A DNA stretch of 64,000 nucleotides from Camelus dromedarius (lineage: Eukaryota), in the NCBI RefSeq assembly GCF_036321535.1, contig NC_087436.1, positions 117,864,001-117,928,000 of the forward strand. Reading direction: 5' to 3'. Shown piece after piece: positions 25,861 to 38,990 of this stretch. The position numbers and the translations under genes were made by a program. How positions within the stretch are numbered: position 1 is the first letter of the stretch; the number at the start of each line of letters is the position of its first letter. The notes beneath the pieces were generated by a model that was given only the letters and a program-made list of their open reading frames with translations, had not been told where the DNA came from and searched no databases.

Positions 25861-27129
25861 AAAGTCAGGACTTGGGAAATTAAGAGGATTAGAATTAAGG
25901 ACACATTAAGGGGAAAGGAAGCTTTGCAGAGAAGGAGGAATATTTCCTCCTCAAAGACAGGAGAAATTTATTCTGAGGGGTAAAGGGGGAAGTTGAGAGA
26001 ACACTTTCTTTTTTCCCTTCATTTATTCAAACATGTTTTGGCATGGTGCTGGGTTCTAGGGATCTAAAGAAATAGGGTTCATGGCCAAATAGTGAAAGCA
26101 ACAAGTGAACAGACAGTGAAGACGCGCTGTGGTCAGCATTATTTGAGCGAAACCTTCAGCAGGCTGTGTGAAGAGCCTCCCACTGGTTGACACAAAGGAG
26201 GCTGCTAACCAGTCTCGCCATCGCCAGGTGACAGTGCTCTCTAAGCAGCCTCAGCTCTTGGCAGCGAGGTGATCTGGCACCATTTCTTTGCCACTGCTGG
26301 CAAGCTTGCCCGTGCCTGAGCCCCAGCTCTGGAGCTGATGCCTGCGGGTTACCTGGGGACTGCCATTTGGCAGATGCTTGCAGAGGCCAGAGGATTTTCT
26401 CCAGCTGCTCCATTTGATGCACACAGGGATGGAAAGATTCTCCCCCAGCCTGTGCACGAGGAGCATGCAGCTCAGGGATGGGAGGTGTTGTACCCAAGGT
26501 CACCCAGCGGCAGAGATGAGGGGCCAGAGTCCGCACCCGGGACAGCGTGACCCCAAGCCCCATCCCCCACCCACCAGGCTGTGCTGCTGCTCTGCGTGGA
26601 TGTCCCGTCTCCGTTGCTGGGGTAACCTCCCTCCCGGCCCAGCAGTCACCCCTCCTGGAGCGCGATTCTTGCACCTGACATCATAATCCTCTGTGACATC
26701 TTAATCAGCTCCCAGGCAACTGACAGCACCCACAGCGAGCAGTGGTATTAAGGCCCAGCGAGGCAGCAGGGCCTGGACTGGGCCCACATGCCCTGCCCTG
26801 CCTCAGCCTTAACCCTTGCGTGCCCATCCCAACCCCCTGGGGACGGTGGTTGGTTTTAGGATCTATTTTTGATCCAGGCTTTGCTACAGAATCTTTCTAA
26901 ATTTCAGTTTCCTCATCTGTAAAATGGGCACAAGGATGCCCATTGACTATCGCACAAAATTGTGTTTGAGGGCTTGGAAAAAGAGGATGAAGACACTGTG
27001 TCCTTTCAAGGAGCTGGGGGACCCAGGTCCATCATCCTGCTCTGAGCTGACTGTTCTCGAAGCCTGTGGCTCTCAGCAGCACCACAGAGCTCTCTGGGCA
27101 AAGAAGAGGACAACATACATCCTTCTGTG

Positions 27130-27575
27130 TGTTGTACTGTGTCCCGCAAAAAGATGAGTTGAAGTCCTAACCACCCATAGCTGCAAATGGGATCTCATTC
27201 GAAAACAGTACCTTTGCGGAAGTCATCAAGATGAGGTCCTACTGGAGAAGGGTGGGACCTTATCCCAATATGACTGCTGTCCTTATAAGAAGAGTGAAAT
27301 TTGGACACAGACACACAGAGGGAAGACAACGTGAAGACATACAGGGAGGAGACAGAGCAGAGACTCGGGTGATGCAACTGGAAGCCAAGGAACCACCAAG
27401 GATGGCTGGAGACCATGAAGCCAGGAAGAGGCAAGGAAGGATTCTAACCACCGTCTCAGAGACAGCGTGGCCCTGCTGGCACCTTGATCTCTGTCTAGCC
27501 TCTAGAATTATGAGAGGAAAAAAATCTCTCCTAAGCCACGCGCTCTGGTACTTCGCTACACTGCCCTAGGACACC
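27130..27575 (+). mobile_element. MLT1B/C-like LTR
   Basis: AATATGACTGCTGTCCTTATAAGAAGAG...GCCAAGGAACCACCAAGGATGGCTGG...GGCCCTGCTGGCACCTTGAT. Confidence 0.85.
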
Positions 27576-29789
27576 TGCACAAGTCCTAATACGACTCTGA
27601 CGTACAGTGGGGAAGCCACTTTGCTGAGCGACCTTCAGCAAGTCACTCAACCCATTCTCCCAGAAATTTGGGGCCACGAGGCCACCTCGCAGATCGGTCA
27701 TGAAGAGTACATCGCATCCAGTGTATGAAGTGTCTGTACAGTTGATGGGATTACTTATGCCACAGCGTGATTCCACAGCACGGATTTTTATTTTTTAAGT
27801 TCTCATGCCGAAGCTCTGAGTCCCCACTCAGGAGGGCCCTGGCGCCCAGTAGAAGAAGGCTGAGCTCCTCAAAGTCTCCTCTCTGGAGACCCCCATCCTC
27901 CCCCCAGGGGTCTGCACATGCTCAGCAACCCGAGCAGAGCAGGAGGGAGGAGCGCTTTCATGGATTCTCACTTCCCCCTCCTCCCGCTCCTCTTCCTCCC
28001 TCTCCCGCTTTCATCTGAGCTCCCTCCCTCGCTGAGACCCAGCCCCTGGCCTGGGATTGTTCTGCCCCCAATGCACCAGAGGGACCTGCTGCCCCCATCT
28101 TTGATGTTGGAGCACGTGTGGGCAGGGCGCAGTCACAGGGGGCTCTTCCTGCCAGGGGAAAAAAGACAACACAAAACACTGGTTTCCTTTCATTTTGGTT
28201 TCACCAGCCTCTCCTGTCTTTTCCCCCTGCAAAGTGGCAACTTCCTCTTTTTACAAAGTTCAAGTCCTTGCTCGGCTTCCAGGAGCTGATCGACCTTGGG
28301 GAAGTTACCTCATCACACCATCCTCATCGTTTTTGCCACCACCAATGCCCACCCTGTGAAGTGGAGACCACAACATGAACCCCACATGGCCAGGGGGATT
28401 AAACCAGGTAATGTGTGTAGAGAGTCTGCATATCGTGAGTCTTTGGCAAGTTTCACGGGGGTAATTACTCTATAATTAATGTTCTCCATGTGCCTGAGGT
28501 CAGAAGCCAACACAGTCCACTAAGTACCTCACCTCAGACCACAATATTTCGCTGCCTCTGTTTTCTCATCCGCTGAGTGGGTTAACAGTGTCTGGGTGTA
28601 AGAGTTGCTGGGTGCTTGCAATAAGATAATTAAAGTGCTTAACACAGAGCCAGCATCACTGCCCTCTTGCCTTCCCATCTCACTGCCCTTCTTTGCATCG
28701 TGAGAGGAAAGTCTTAATGCTGGTCCACAAAATTCTTACAAATTTACCTTTAAAGATGGAAGGTCTACAACACACCCTCACGGGCAACCAGAGGCTACAG
28801 AAGTCACTGCCCAGCCCCAGGAGGAGCTCAGGGAAGGTTTTTCTCTCTGCACTCAGAAAGGGGAATTAACACGCCTGCCTGTCAAGTGGGGAGAGGAGGG
28901 CTGGGCTGGCTTTTGTTTTTCTGGAAGGGTTGTAAACACAGGATAATGAGGGCTTGAGAATGCAGTTTAATGACTGTTATTGCTGGGAAAACGGAGTCCA
29001 TGGATGTCCCCACACTGTCCCTGACCAAGAGCCCAGAGTGTCTGGGAACCCCAGAGGGCAGGCAGGATTGCCATGAAGTCTTGGGGTCACCTCCTGGCCT
29101 TTGCACCCTACATGACCTGCACCTTCCTGCCTCCTGCTGGTGCACCCATGCTGTGGACCGGCTTATTCTCCTCCATTTTACAGGTCCAAACTCTGTCCGT
29201 TCTCCCAGGCCCTCATCTCACAAGTTGCCCTGAGCCCCAGTGTCCTCCTGGCACCAGCTCCTCCGAAGGAGCCACCTTATTTGAGCCTACATCACTGCCC
29301 TCCCAAAGATGGCATCCGGCTCAGGTCCAAGAATGTCAACCAACCAGCTGCCAGTCCTGGGTTGGGGACTTAGAGCAGAGCCAAGTGAGTTCTCTTGGAA
29401 ATGTGACAACCAGGCAGTGTCCTGATCTCTCTGGGCCTTGCCCTTGCATCTGCAAAATGCCCCAACATCTGGTTAGTCAGATAGTCACTGCTGAGCTCAG
29501 ATGAACCATCGGATGGGAAGTGGCTTTATCTCCTGAGGTTGAGCGATCAAAACCTGGCACCGAGGTAGGTCCTGTTGCATCACTCTGTCTAACAACAAGA
29601 ATCTTCTGGAAAACCCACTGACCTCTTTTGGTCAGAAAAGAACTTTCACTGCACCAAGTACTGCACATGCTTTTTCTTGTTTTATTCCTCACATCATCAA
29701 GTGGGTAGACTTACTAGGCGCATTTACAGATGAGAAGACCGAGACATGCCGAGGTCAGTAACTTTGCTAAAGTCATGGCGAGTTTGCAG

Positions 29790-30240
29790 ATTTATTCAGT
29801 CATTCACAAACATTTATTGAGCAACTGCTAGGTGCCCAGCACTGTCACGAGCAGAATAAAGCATCTGCCCTTATGGCGCTGAATGGGAATGGGGAGAGAC
29901 AGATAATCACAGAGATGATAATAAAATATTGGGTGGCAGTGCAGGCTATGGAGAAAAATAAAGACGGATAGAGGGGTGATCAGCTGGGGGAGGGTGGTCA
30001 GGTCAGCCTTCTCTGTCTGAGAAGGTGACATCTGAACAAAGACCTCAAAGGATGTGAGGGATGCAGCCATGGGGCTATTTGAGGGAGAGCATTTCAGGTG
30101 TCCTGAGGCAGGAGTGCGTGGGCAACAGCAAGGCACCCAAGGTGGCGGCTGATGGGACCAGATGTGAAGGGGAGGAGGATGGGGAGCAGGCATCATGCTG
30201 AGAGATGTGAGGAGGAGAGAGCCCCACGGACCCTGAAGAG
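29790..30240 (-). mobile_element. L2 3' end (similar L2 pieces at ~920-1610, 51640-52020, 56530-57100)
   Basis: ATTCAGTCATTCACAAACATTTATTGAGCAACTGCTAGGTGCCCAGCACTG...GGTGACATCTGAACAAAGACCT. Confidence 0.75.
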
Positions 30241-32300
30241 GAGATGGCCGACTCCTCTGTGTCACTGTGCTCTGCCCCTCCCCTCACCGTGTAGGTGCAG
30301 AACCCTGACCTTGAACCTGAACTTGGAACTGTACTCAGGGTAGCGTGGGGTGGAAAGAAAACAGGCTTTGGGGCCCCAGGGCTGGATTAGGATGCTGCCT
30401 CCAGACATCTAAGTCACTGTACCTCTCTGGATCCCGGCTTCCTCACCTATTAAAAGGGACACAGTGGTACCCACGTCTCAGGTTTGGAGTATCCATCTCT
30501 TGGGGTTGCTGTGATGGGGACTCCCAGGTCACTAAGTCCCTCTGAGCACTTAAGAGGTGTCCCTATTCGTTTAATCCTGTCCCATAATGAGAAAGGGAGG
30601 CAGGAGGAACTCCTCCAAAGGCACAAAGCCGGAAGAGGTGGAGCCAGGATTTGAACTCGTGGAGCAAACTACCAGAGGAAGACTGTTCCAGATTCTAAAG
30701 GTGCTTCTGCCAGGTCTGTCCCATTCGCCTTTCCCCAACTCACCATCTGAGCCGGCCTCCCCTTATGTGGCAATCACGCTCCTGGTTGGCTCCGGTTACT
30801 GGAGGCCCTGATGGGTCTGTTTAAACAAGTGTGTCTGAGCAGGAAAATCAAACAGACAGGGACCCTCCGGGGCCGCCGCGGGACCACCGCCGGGACTACG
30901 CCTGAACCTGATAAGGGCGGATCTCTTTTCACTTAATTGGGCTGCGTCCCGGGACTCACCATCTGAACAGATAGGCGGTCTCCGCAGGGATGGAAAGGGT
31001 CCCTTTCAGGTGGGCTTGCCCTGCATCCTGGCTGGGAAGGGAGAAGCTCAAGAGGGTTGGGGGCACCTTCAGCTGCTGAGGGGCCCTGGGACAGTTTGCT
31101 CTTTCCTGAAGGAAAAGCTGGGGAGGGGGCTGCCTGGGAGAATAATTCTCCAGTCAGGAAGGCTCAGGGAGGGAAATTCAGCTTTCGCGGGAGGGTGGGG
31201 CCTCTGGATGAAAGTCGCATTGCCACATCCTTCCAGCATCCCCCAGACCCCACAGGAGGTGTCAGACAGGCAAGGAGACACGCGCCGCCAGGGGACGTAC
31301 TGCAGGGTGGAGGTGGCCAGCTGGCCAGGGGCACGCCGTTTGGCTTGGAGTCCACGGGCCTTTCTGGTGACAGGGAGCAGGTTGTCTGATCCCTCTGGAC
31401 CTTGGCTTCCTATATTCAGAGGAAGAGGCGGCTAGAGCTCATCTTCAAGTTCAAAGGATGTTTAAATGCAGCAGAGCCAGCAACTGAGTGTTCTTTTTAA
31501 AACGTCATTCAGGAGCTATTTAATCAGCGCTAAGATGAACTGACCTTCCTCCCAAAGCTCAGCTCTCTGGCCGGGTTGCTTCTGGCTGGATGGGGGTGCT
31601 CTGAGTTAGGGGTCTGCCTTGTGGTGAAGGTTTGACGCAGCCAGATAGTCATCCATCCACCTCTCCTCTGAAGTGTCCCCTCTTTATTCCAGGCCCTGAA
31701 CTCATCTTGGGGGCCCACACAAGCGTGCTGTGGGGAGCCACCCCAGCTGGCCACTCGCAGGGATCCGAGCTGGAAGCACCAGGCCCTGTGGGCGGGGCCG
31801 GGCTTTGCAGCCTTTTTTGCCCTTTCCCCATCAGGGAGTCCAGAGCTGGGGGTCTCCAAAGTGAGGTACCTCCATGCAGCGGGGCACCCTGAGAATCCCC
31901 TGAGGTACCATGAGAAATCTTAGAGCACTGTGTTTTTATGTTTGTTTTCGTCGATGTAAACTAACTCCAGCTTTCCCAAATGTAAATCAGGGATAAAAAC
32001 AGAGATGCTGTCAGGATTAAATGACTCGTTAAGAGTTCCGAACAATGCTTGGCAATAATAATTGTCAATACGTGTTAACTATTATTAGCGAGACTTATGA
32101 TTCCCCGTCCTGGCGTTCGGCTCCTCATTTTTCCAGTTTCCTTGGACTCAAATCCTCCTCACAGTCTCCGTGAGGACGACAAAGTGAGGCTCAGCATGCC
32201 TATTATATGGATGTAGCAGCTGAGGTCCAGGCAGGAGTTTATCATTCATGGGATAACGCACCTCCGAGGCCGCGGGCGGGGCCAGGACTCGGCAGCGTCC

Positions 32301-32347
32301 AGAGGGGCGTGGCACGGAGAGGGGCGTGGCACGGAGAGGGGCGTGGC
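32301..32347. repeat. 17-bp tandem repeat AGAGGGGCGTGGCACGG x2.8
   Basis: Perfect copies at 32301-32317, 32318-32334 and partial 32335-32347. Confidence 0.95.
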
Positions 32348-33949
32348 CCTGTAGGGAGTCGCGGCCCCGCCCCTGCCCGGCGCACCTGGAATTTGAGGGT
32401 CTGAGGAAGTCCAGTCCGGCGGTCACCACAATCCAGCCCAAAACCGCTGGCAGTGGGATTGGGGGGACAACTGAATCAAAGCCTCAGGCATTTACAACCC
32501 CCATGGCCCATCTACCCCATGCAGAGGCTGAGACGGGGACAACAAAGACTCCCCTTCTTCCCTTTTCCAGTCCTGATGATCCCATGCCCCGGCTGCGCTG
32601 CCCAGAACACGCTACTTCAACTCTCTGAATCTCGGTTTTTTCATCTGGAAAGTGGGATGTCCACCTCGGGGACCGTCGTTGAGAGTTGACTGTGATAATG
32701 CATCCGGAGCATCTACCACATAGTAGGTGCTCAGTCAAAGCGGGTTGCCTCCAGGGGGCCTGGCTCCAAGAACTGAACCCTGTCCCAGGGCTCAGGCGAG
32801 CCGGTTCCCTGGCCCTGACAGGAGAGGTGGGACAGACAGATGCTCCCTGAATCTACCAAGGCTAGAATGTCCCAAGGTGCACCGCACTTTACAGGGTTTT
32901 TTTTTTTTTTTTTTTTGCATCTGAATCCTCTCAAATGGACATGGTCCTCTGTGAGGTCGCAAAGGTGCAAGCCACTGGTCAAGCTGGAACGTCCAGGTTT
33001 CCTGACCTTCCTGGCGGCGGGGAAGGATGAGCACTGCACTAGGGGTTGGACAACCTATGTTTTAGTGCCATTTCTGTCGGTTTCTAGCTCAGAGGCTATG
33101 GGAAAATGACTCCTCTTGGGCCCCAGTTTCCCTATTTATGGAACATGTGTTCCACAGCGCCCCAACTGAGCTCTTACTGCACACTGGAGGCTTCTCTGCC
33201 ACTATCTCCCCTTAGCCCTCCATCCTACCCAGGAGGGTAGCACCCAGCTCACTTCGTGGGATGAGCATCCTTCATTCATGCTCATGGGCAAAGAAAGTGA
33301 GGTCCAAGGATCTCGAAGGTGGGAAGGGAACAGGGTATAGGGTGGAGGCGGAGGATAAGAGTGCCCAGACCTGGGGTGGCCTGGATTGTGCCCGTCTGAA
33401 TCCTTAGGAGTGGGTTGTGAGTAGCCAAGAAGGAACTGGCTGGGGTCAGACCGAAGTGCCCGGCACTGGAGGGAGGGTTGGAACAGGGCCAGGGGCCTCT
33501 CTTTACAGATAGGCTGCCTTCTGTGCTGTCGGCTCCCTCAGTTCCCTGGCCACTCTCACCACCTCCCCAGCTCTGCATTTGACATTTCTGCCCTCGGATT
33601 CTGGGACGGTGTGGGTGACCTGGGATGTCTTTGGAGCCCACTGGGAGCCTGTGCTGGGTCCCATTTGGCCCCTGCCACTCTCCTTTTCTGTCTTCTCATT
33701 GACCCTAAAGAGAAGGTATATTGAGCAGCTCAAGGTCCAGATGGGGAGACCAATTACTACCAGCTTCGGGCCATGGGCGGCAGAGGCAGGAGGCAGGACA
33801 GGGAGAAGGGCTACCTAAAGCTCCCAAAGGTGCCGACTGCCGCTCCAGAAGTGGAAAACTATCTGCAGAAAGAACTCACTGGAGTCGCGTGAACTTCTGA
33901 GTGACTTGAGGGTCGTGATTCCAACTGAATGGGGAGGGGGGTAGAGAAG

Positions 33950-34240
33950 GAGAGAGACGGTGAGAAAGGGACAGTCAGGGAGGCCAGGGAAGAGACATGG
34001 TAATGGAGAGAGACAGAATGACACAGAGAATGACACAGAGCAGAGAGATGAAGAGATAGAGGCTGTGAGATCCACCCACGAGATCCACCCAAAGAGACCG
34101 AGACAGGAGAGAGAGAGAGACAGAGAGAGAGACAGAGACAGAGAGAGACACAGAGAGAGAGAGGGAGAAAGACTAAGAAAAAGAAGATGCAGGAAAGGCA
34201 GGTCAAAAGCCAGGAATTGAGGGAGAGACCCCAGAGAGAG
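33950..34240. repeat. GA-rich low complexity / (GA)n-(GAGACA)n
   Basis: GAGAGAGAGACAGAGAGAGAGACAGAGACAG. Other purine/pyrimidine tracts at 15570-15710, 24350-24445, 39810-39960. Confidence 0.9.
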
Positions 34241-35699
34241 AGGGGCGGAGGTGGGAGTCAGGCTGAGAGGCTCCCAAGGGCCTCCCAGACCACTTTGCCC
34301 CCACCTCTCTACAGTCTGGAGAGACCACTCCTGGAATCGGAAGGGGTGGCTTCTGCGCCCAAGCACTCAGCATTGTCCCGTTGGCTGCCCAGTGGTGCGG
34401 GGGCCACACTTCAGAGGACACTTCCTGGGCGCCCCTAGACTGCTCTCTTTCCCAGTCTCAGCTCTGGCCTTCCTAGGCATCCCAAACTTGCCTTCCATTC
34501 TACTCAATATTTAGGTCTTTTAGAAGTGCTTGGATCGCGGAGACGCTTGGCTGTCAGCATCCCTGTATCCATCTGCTATATCCTCCCGCCATCTCCGAAG
34601 CTGAGCATCTTTTTGCCTGTCTCTTGATCATGGTTCCTGCCCATCCCCTCCTTGTCTGGCCTCCCGCTCTGCCTCTTTCCCCAGGTTACCGAGCTGGGGG
34701 TGAATTCAAGGTTCCCCACCTGTACAGGTACCTTGGGCCTCCCTCTATTCGCAAAGCAGGGCCAGCCTCCCCTATCCCACATCGTCCCACAGGAGAGGAA
34801 TTTGCAAATCCAGAGGAAGGCCCCAGACACCTCTGAATGCATGCTCGAAGTGCTGGGAATCTGCCACAGTGCGGAGTCCAGCGGGATGGCCCCAGGGTGC
34901 AGTCACAGTGGCCAGAGGACTGAACTCATCGTATCTGAGCTGAGGAGGAGTGTGCCCCTTTTGAAGCTGACAAACAGAGGCTCAGGAAAAAAAAAATGGC
35001 CCTTAGCTGGTGAAGCAGTTCACAGCCTAGGTCAGTTTTCTTCTCGGAGAGAATTGAGATCTTCTACATTCGATAAATTCATGGGAAAACTGGACAGTTT
35101 TCAGGACATGAGAAGGTGGTGGGCAACAGAAGGGGAGGAGTAGGAGAGAAGGGTAGGAAGTGCTGGACCAAAAGCCCATTTTGTGGATTGGGAGAGGGAC
35201 TGGGAAGTGGTGCCACCAAATTCTGCCAGCATCCTCTGTATTTTAATGCTTTTCATCTTTGAAAGCCCAATGAAGGAGACCACTACAAAGAGTGAAAAGA
35301 GTGGGTTGGGGGTTCCAACCCACCTGTGTCCAGATCCTGGCACCACCACTAACTAGCTGTGTGACCCTGGGCAAGATGCTTAACCTCTCTGATTCTAGTC
35401 TCTCATCTGGAAGGGATAAAAAAAAAAAAAAGCCTATAATAATACCTCTCTCCCAGGGTAGAGAGGATTTAATCGGATAAAGTTTGTGAAACCTCTGGCA
35501 AGAGCCCTGACACCCAGATCAAAAACAGTCAATTCTCTTCCTTCCATTTCTTCCAACCCCCTACCCCTCCAGGCCCCAGCCGGAACTGAGATGCTGGGCA
35601 GATCCTGGGGGGAGAAGGGTGAGCCTTCCTCGTCCCAGGGTGGGCAGAGTCAGGATGGAAGACGTTTGGTCGGCCCCTGGAGCCTCGGGGTCTGCCTGA

Positions 35700-35960
35700 C
35701 ATCTCCAGGCTTAAATAACCGTGCGCCTTTGTTATTCGTCGGCAGCAAAGTGGTTCGTTACGCCTGATTGGTCTAATTGCTTTGAAATGGGATATATTAT
35801 CTATAATTATAGAGCTCTAGGAGGAGCCGGCCGGCCTCCGCTTTCATCTTCCCCAAGTGCACCCTCATGTCGCGATCACATTAATTTGGGCCATTTGAAA
35901 GGGGGGCCCCCTCTCTCCCCCGCGGATCTAGGCCCCCTCACCCCCTTCCGAATTTAAAGA
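35700..35960. promoter_or_regulatory. Likely Msx1 distal enhancer
   Basis: Unique motif-dense block ~4.6 kb before the ATG: CCTTTGTT, ATTGG, CTAATTG 35773-35779, CTTTGAA 35780-35786, TAATTA, ATTAATTT. Position matches the known mouse distal enhancer. Confidence 0.65.
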
Positions 35961-37789
35961 CACAAGGAAGCCCTGGCCTGACCAAGAGGAAAGAAGCAAG
36001 GGGGGAAGGGCAGGAAGAGGGAAGAAGCAGGGAGTCGGGCTTGTGGATTTCTCCCTGGCGCCGGCTGAAATTCACCGCACTTGGGCAATTCCACCGCACA
36101 AGCTGGGCCCATTTAAGCGGAGGAATTAGCAAGAAGGAGAAAACATTTTTTTACAAGTTTTTTTTTTTACAAGTAGCTTTTTTTGACTTCGCATTAAAGA
36201 ACGGTACCAAAACTCTTGAAAGGTGTAAGTTCTGCCCAAGTCCCGGGAAAGCAGAAAGCTTTTTGGTTGGGATATTCAGGCAGTAGCTGAAGACTCCTGG
36301 AGTTCCTTGCTCTTCAGAGTCTTTCTCTGGAAAGCTATGAAACCCTCCCAAAGGACTCCATCAGTGACTCGGACAGTTTCGTAAACCTCTGACTCCTGGC
36401 TGTTTGACTTCTAGGCTACAGAGGCCAAAAGACTGGAGAACTCGGGGTCGGGAGGCCCCCTCCGCAGGTTGGGGGATCCCAGGGTCCTGCTTTCTGTCTA
36501 CCCGTCAATCCCCCTTCCCTCAGGACAAAATACCTCCCCACTCTCCCCCTCCGTCGCCCTCCTGGAGATTGGTGAATTCCCACCAAAATAAATCGTTCCG
36601 GGTAATCGGTTTTCATAGCACATTCATTCTATTAAAGAGGACTGTTTGGGGCTTGCTAATTGCCGAGGGATCCCACTGAGCTGCACAGTTTAAAAATGCA
36701 CGCGGGATTCCTGGGTCGAAGCCACAAAATGCATTGGGAAAGGGGGGAGGGGGCGTAAACAAAAACCCAAGGGAGGTGACAACGAATGCCCAAATGAGAG
36801 AACCGCCTGCAAGCTCTTCCGACCCGTGCGCAATACCCAGATAGTGGCAGGGGTCTTTTAAGATGGGATCCCTCTCAGAACGAATCTTTGCCCACAAGAG
36901 GGTAGTCAAAAAACACCACCCTTCCTCTCGCACCACACAGTCCAGTAAAATAGGAAGTTTTTTGGGGTGGGGGGGACACCACCACCAGCTTGCCCTGTGA
37001 GGGGACGCAGGACACACCGTCTTTAGGGGCCAAAATGCTGAGATGCTTTGTTGGGGCACGGGGAGGGTTTTAAGATGCCCGAGAGTGAAGGGAGATGGAG
37101 CAAGGCGGGCGAGGAGGGGAGGGGAGAGGAGCGCGCGAGGACGGAAGCCCAGCGCCAGTCCCCGAGCTTTATCTGCTGCGGGCCAGCCCTGCCCTTGCCA
37201 GGCATGAATTACAGCCGGGCTTTCTTAGCCACAGCGGCCGCGCGAAGAAATGCCGGGGGTAGAAGCGCCTGGGGGTTAGTGCTGGCGGCGAGATAACAGG
37301 CGCGGCACCCCGGCCGTCAGCTCTCGGAACCCGCCGACCGGGAAATCCGAAAAGGCCCAGACAAAAATAAAAGCAGAGAATGCTCCCTCACTGCCCCAAA
37401 CTTGTGCCTTTCCTCCCGCGGGAACAACACGCCCGGGGGACAGATAGACATTTTGTTTCTTTTCTCTGACTCCCTTCCCTGAGACCGTGGACATCTTCTT
37501 CCGTAGTCCAGGGGCAGATAAGTGGAAGAGCTCCGCGCTATCTGAGCATGGATTCCACGTGGAATCCACTCTGAATCCCCTTCCCTCGGCAGACACACTT
37601 CTCGCTCTGCAACGCGTGCTTGCTGCTAATCCGCCGCGCCGAGCCAGAGCTGACACGAACCCAGACCGAACCTAAAAGGATGCCATGGGGTTCGGGACGG
37701 GCTCGCGAAGCCGAGGGGCGGGCGGCAGGGCTGGGGGCTGCGGGCTTAGGAGGTTTGCTCCCAGGAGGCGGGGGCTCGACTTCAAGGGC

Positions 37790-37915
37790 CCCTGAGCCGG
37801 CTGCTGCCTTTGATCGGGCCGCCGCTGGCGCCTAAAAACAACATCCTCGTCTGCCTATTAGGCGCTCTGAGGAATCGTGACAGATTGTTTATCCCCGCAA
37901 TTAGCGATGCGGCCC
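37790..37915. promoter_or_regulatory. Likely Msx1 proximal enhancer
   Basis: TCF/LEF CCTTTGATC 37807-37815, Smad1/5-type GGCGCC 37827-37832, GTCTG 37849-37853, TALE TGACAG 37878-37883, Fox TGTTTAT 37886-37892, CAATTAG 37898-37904. Lies ~2.6 kb before the ATG, consistent with the known TCF-dependent mouse proximal enhancer. Confidence 0.7.
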
Positions 37916-38759
37916 TTCTCCCGCCGCCCGGCCGTCCGGCCCCCGCCCTGCGGCCTGGCCTTGCTGCGCCCGCCGGACACAGCCTTTAGCCCCCTCTGCG
38001 CCGCGCGCCTCCACTCTCGGAGTTCGAGCCCTAGCTCCACCCTAAAGCAAGGGTCCTTATCTGGAGGTCTCCAAGTGGCTACAGAGCCTTTGAAGTTGTT
38101 TCTGCTGATGTGCGTTTTCTAGTTAGGAAGTTCTTAGTTGTATCAGATTCTCAAGGTGATCTGGGAGGCAAGCGTGCAACAAAGTAGGTCCCATCCGAAA
38201 GACACACTGCTCACTTTTTGAGTGTTGACCTAAACAGCCAAGAAGGCTCGGTTTCCTCTCCCTCTTTAATCCGAGTACAGAGTGAGATTCCGGCTCGCCC
38301 GTTCCAGGGAAAGTTTAATTGGAAATGCGGGCAATAGAAGTTGGCCATCCGGGCTAGGCTGTTAGCAAGATGTTGGGCCTACGGCCTTGCTGAACGGCAG
38401 ATCACTCAGCTCTAAAGTTGGGTTGTATGGCCTTACATCCTTGTGCCCCCAGGCAAACCTCTGGGGCCGCGGTTTCCCCGCCTGGAGGAGGGACACTGTT
38501 CTCCTTGGTCCCTGGTGCCTTTGGAGAGGCCGTGTCCCTGCGCCGTGGCTCCAGCCGGGCCCGACTTGAGCTGGGGGCCCTAAACACTGCCCGATGCTTG
38601 TGCTGCAGTCTCGGGGGCTAAGAAGTCTGGAGAGGCGGCGTAGACTTCACAGACCGAGAATTCCCGAACCCGCCCCGGGCCTGAGCGTCTGCGGACGTAT
38701 GTGAGGCTTCCAGCCGCCTCAGCCCCCGCAGCCCGACCCCTCCCGCCAGACCCCGGACG

Positions 38760-38990
38760 CCGTCCGGGTAATAAAGTTCCCGCTTTAGTAATTCATTTTC
38801 CTTAATCTGGACTCCCCTAATCTACAGTTTTTATTGCGCCCAGTTAAAAGGCGAGGGAATTCGCTGTCCCTCCGCGCTCGGATAATTACCCCCTAAATGG
38901 TCACGGCAGCCCCTTGTGTTTCCTGGAGATTAGAACCCCGCAGCCATCAATGGTCGGTCCCGGAGAGCCGCCAATCACCGCCGCTAGCTC
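38760..38990. promoter_or_regulatory. Candidate conserved cis-element ~1.6 kb upstream
   Basis: AT-rich island within GC-rich DNA: GTAATAAA 38768-38775, TTTTATTG 38829-38836, TAATCT twice, GATAATTAC, CCATCAAT. Confidence 0.6.
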
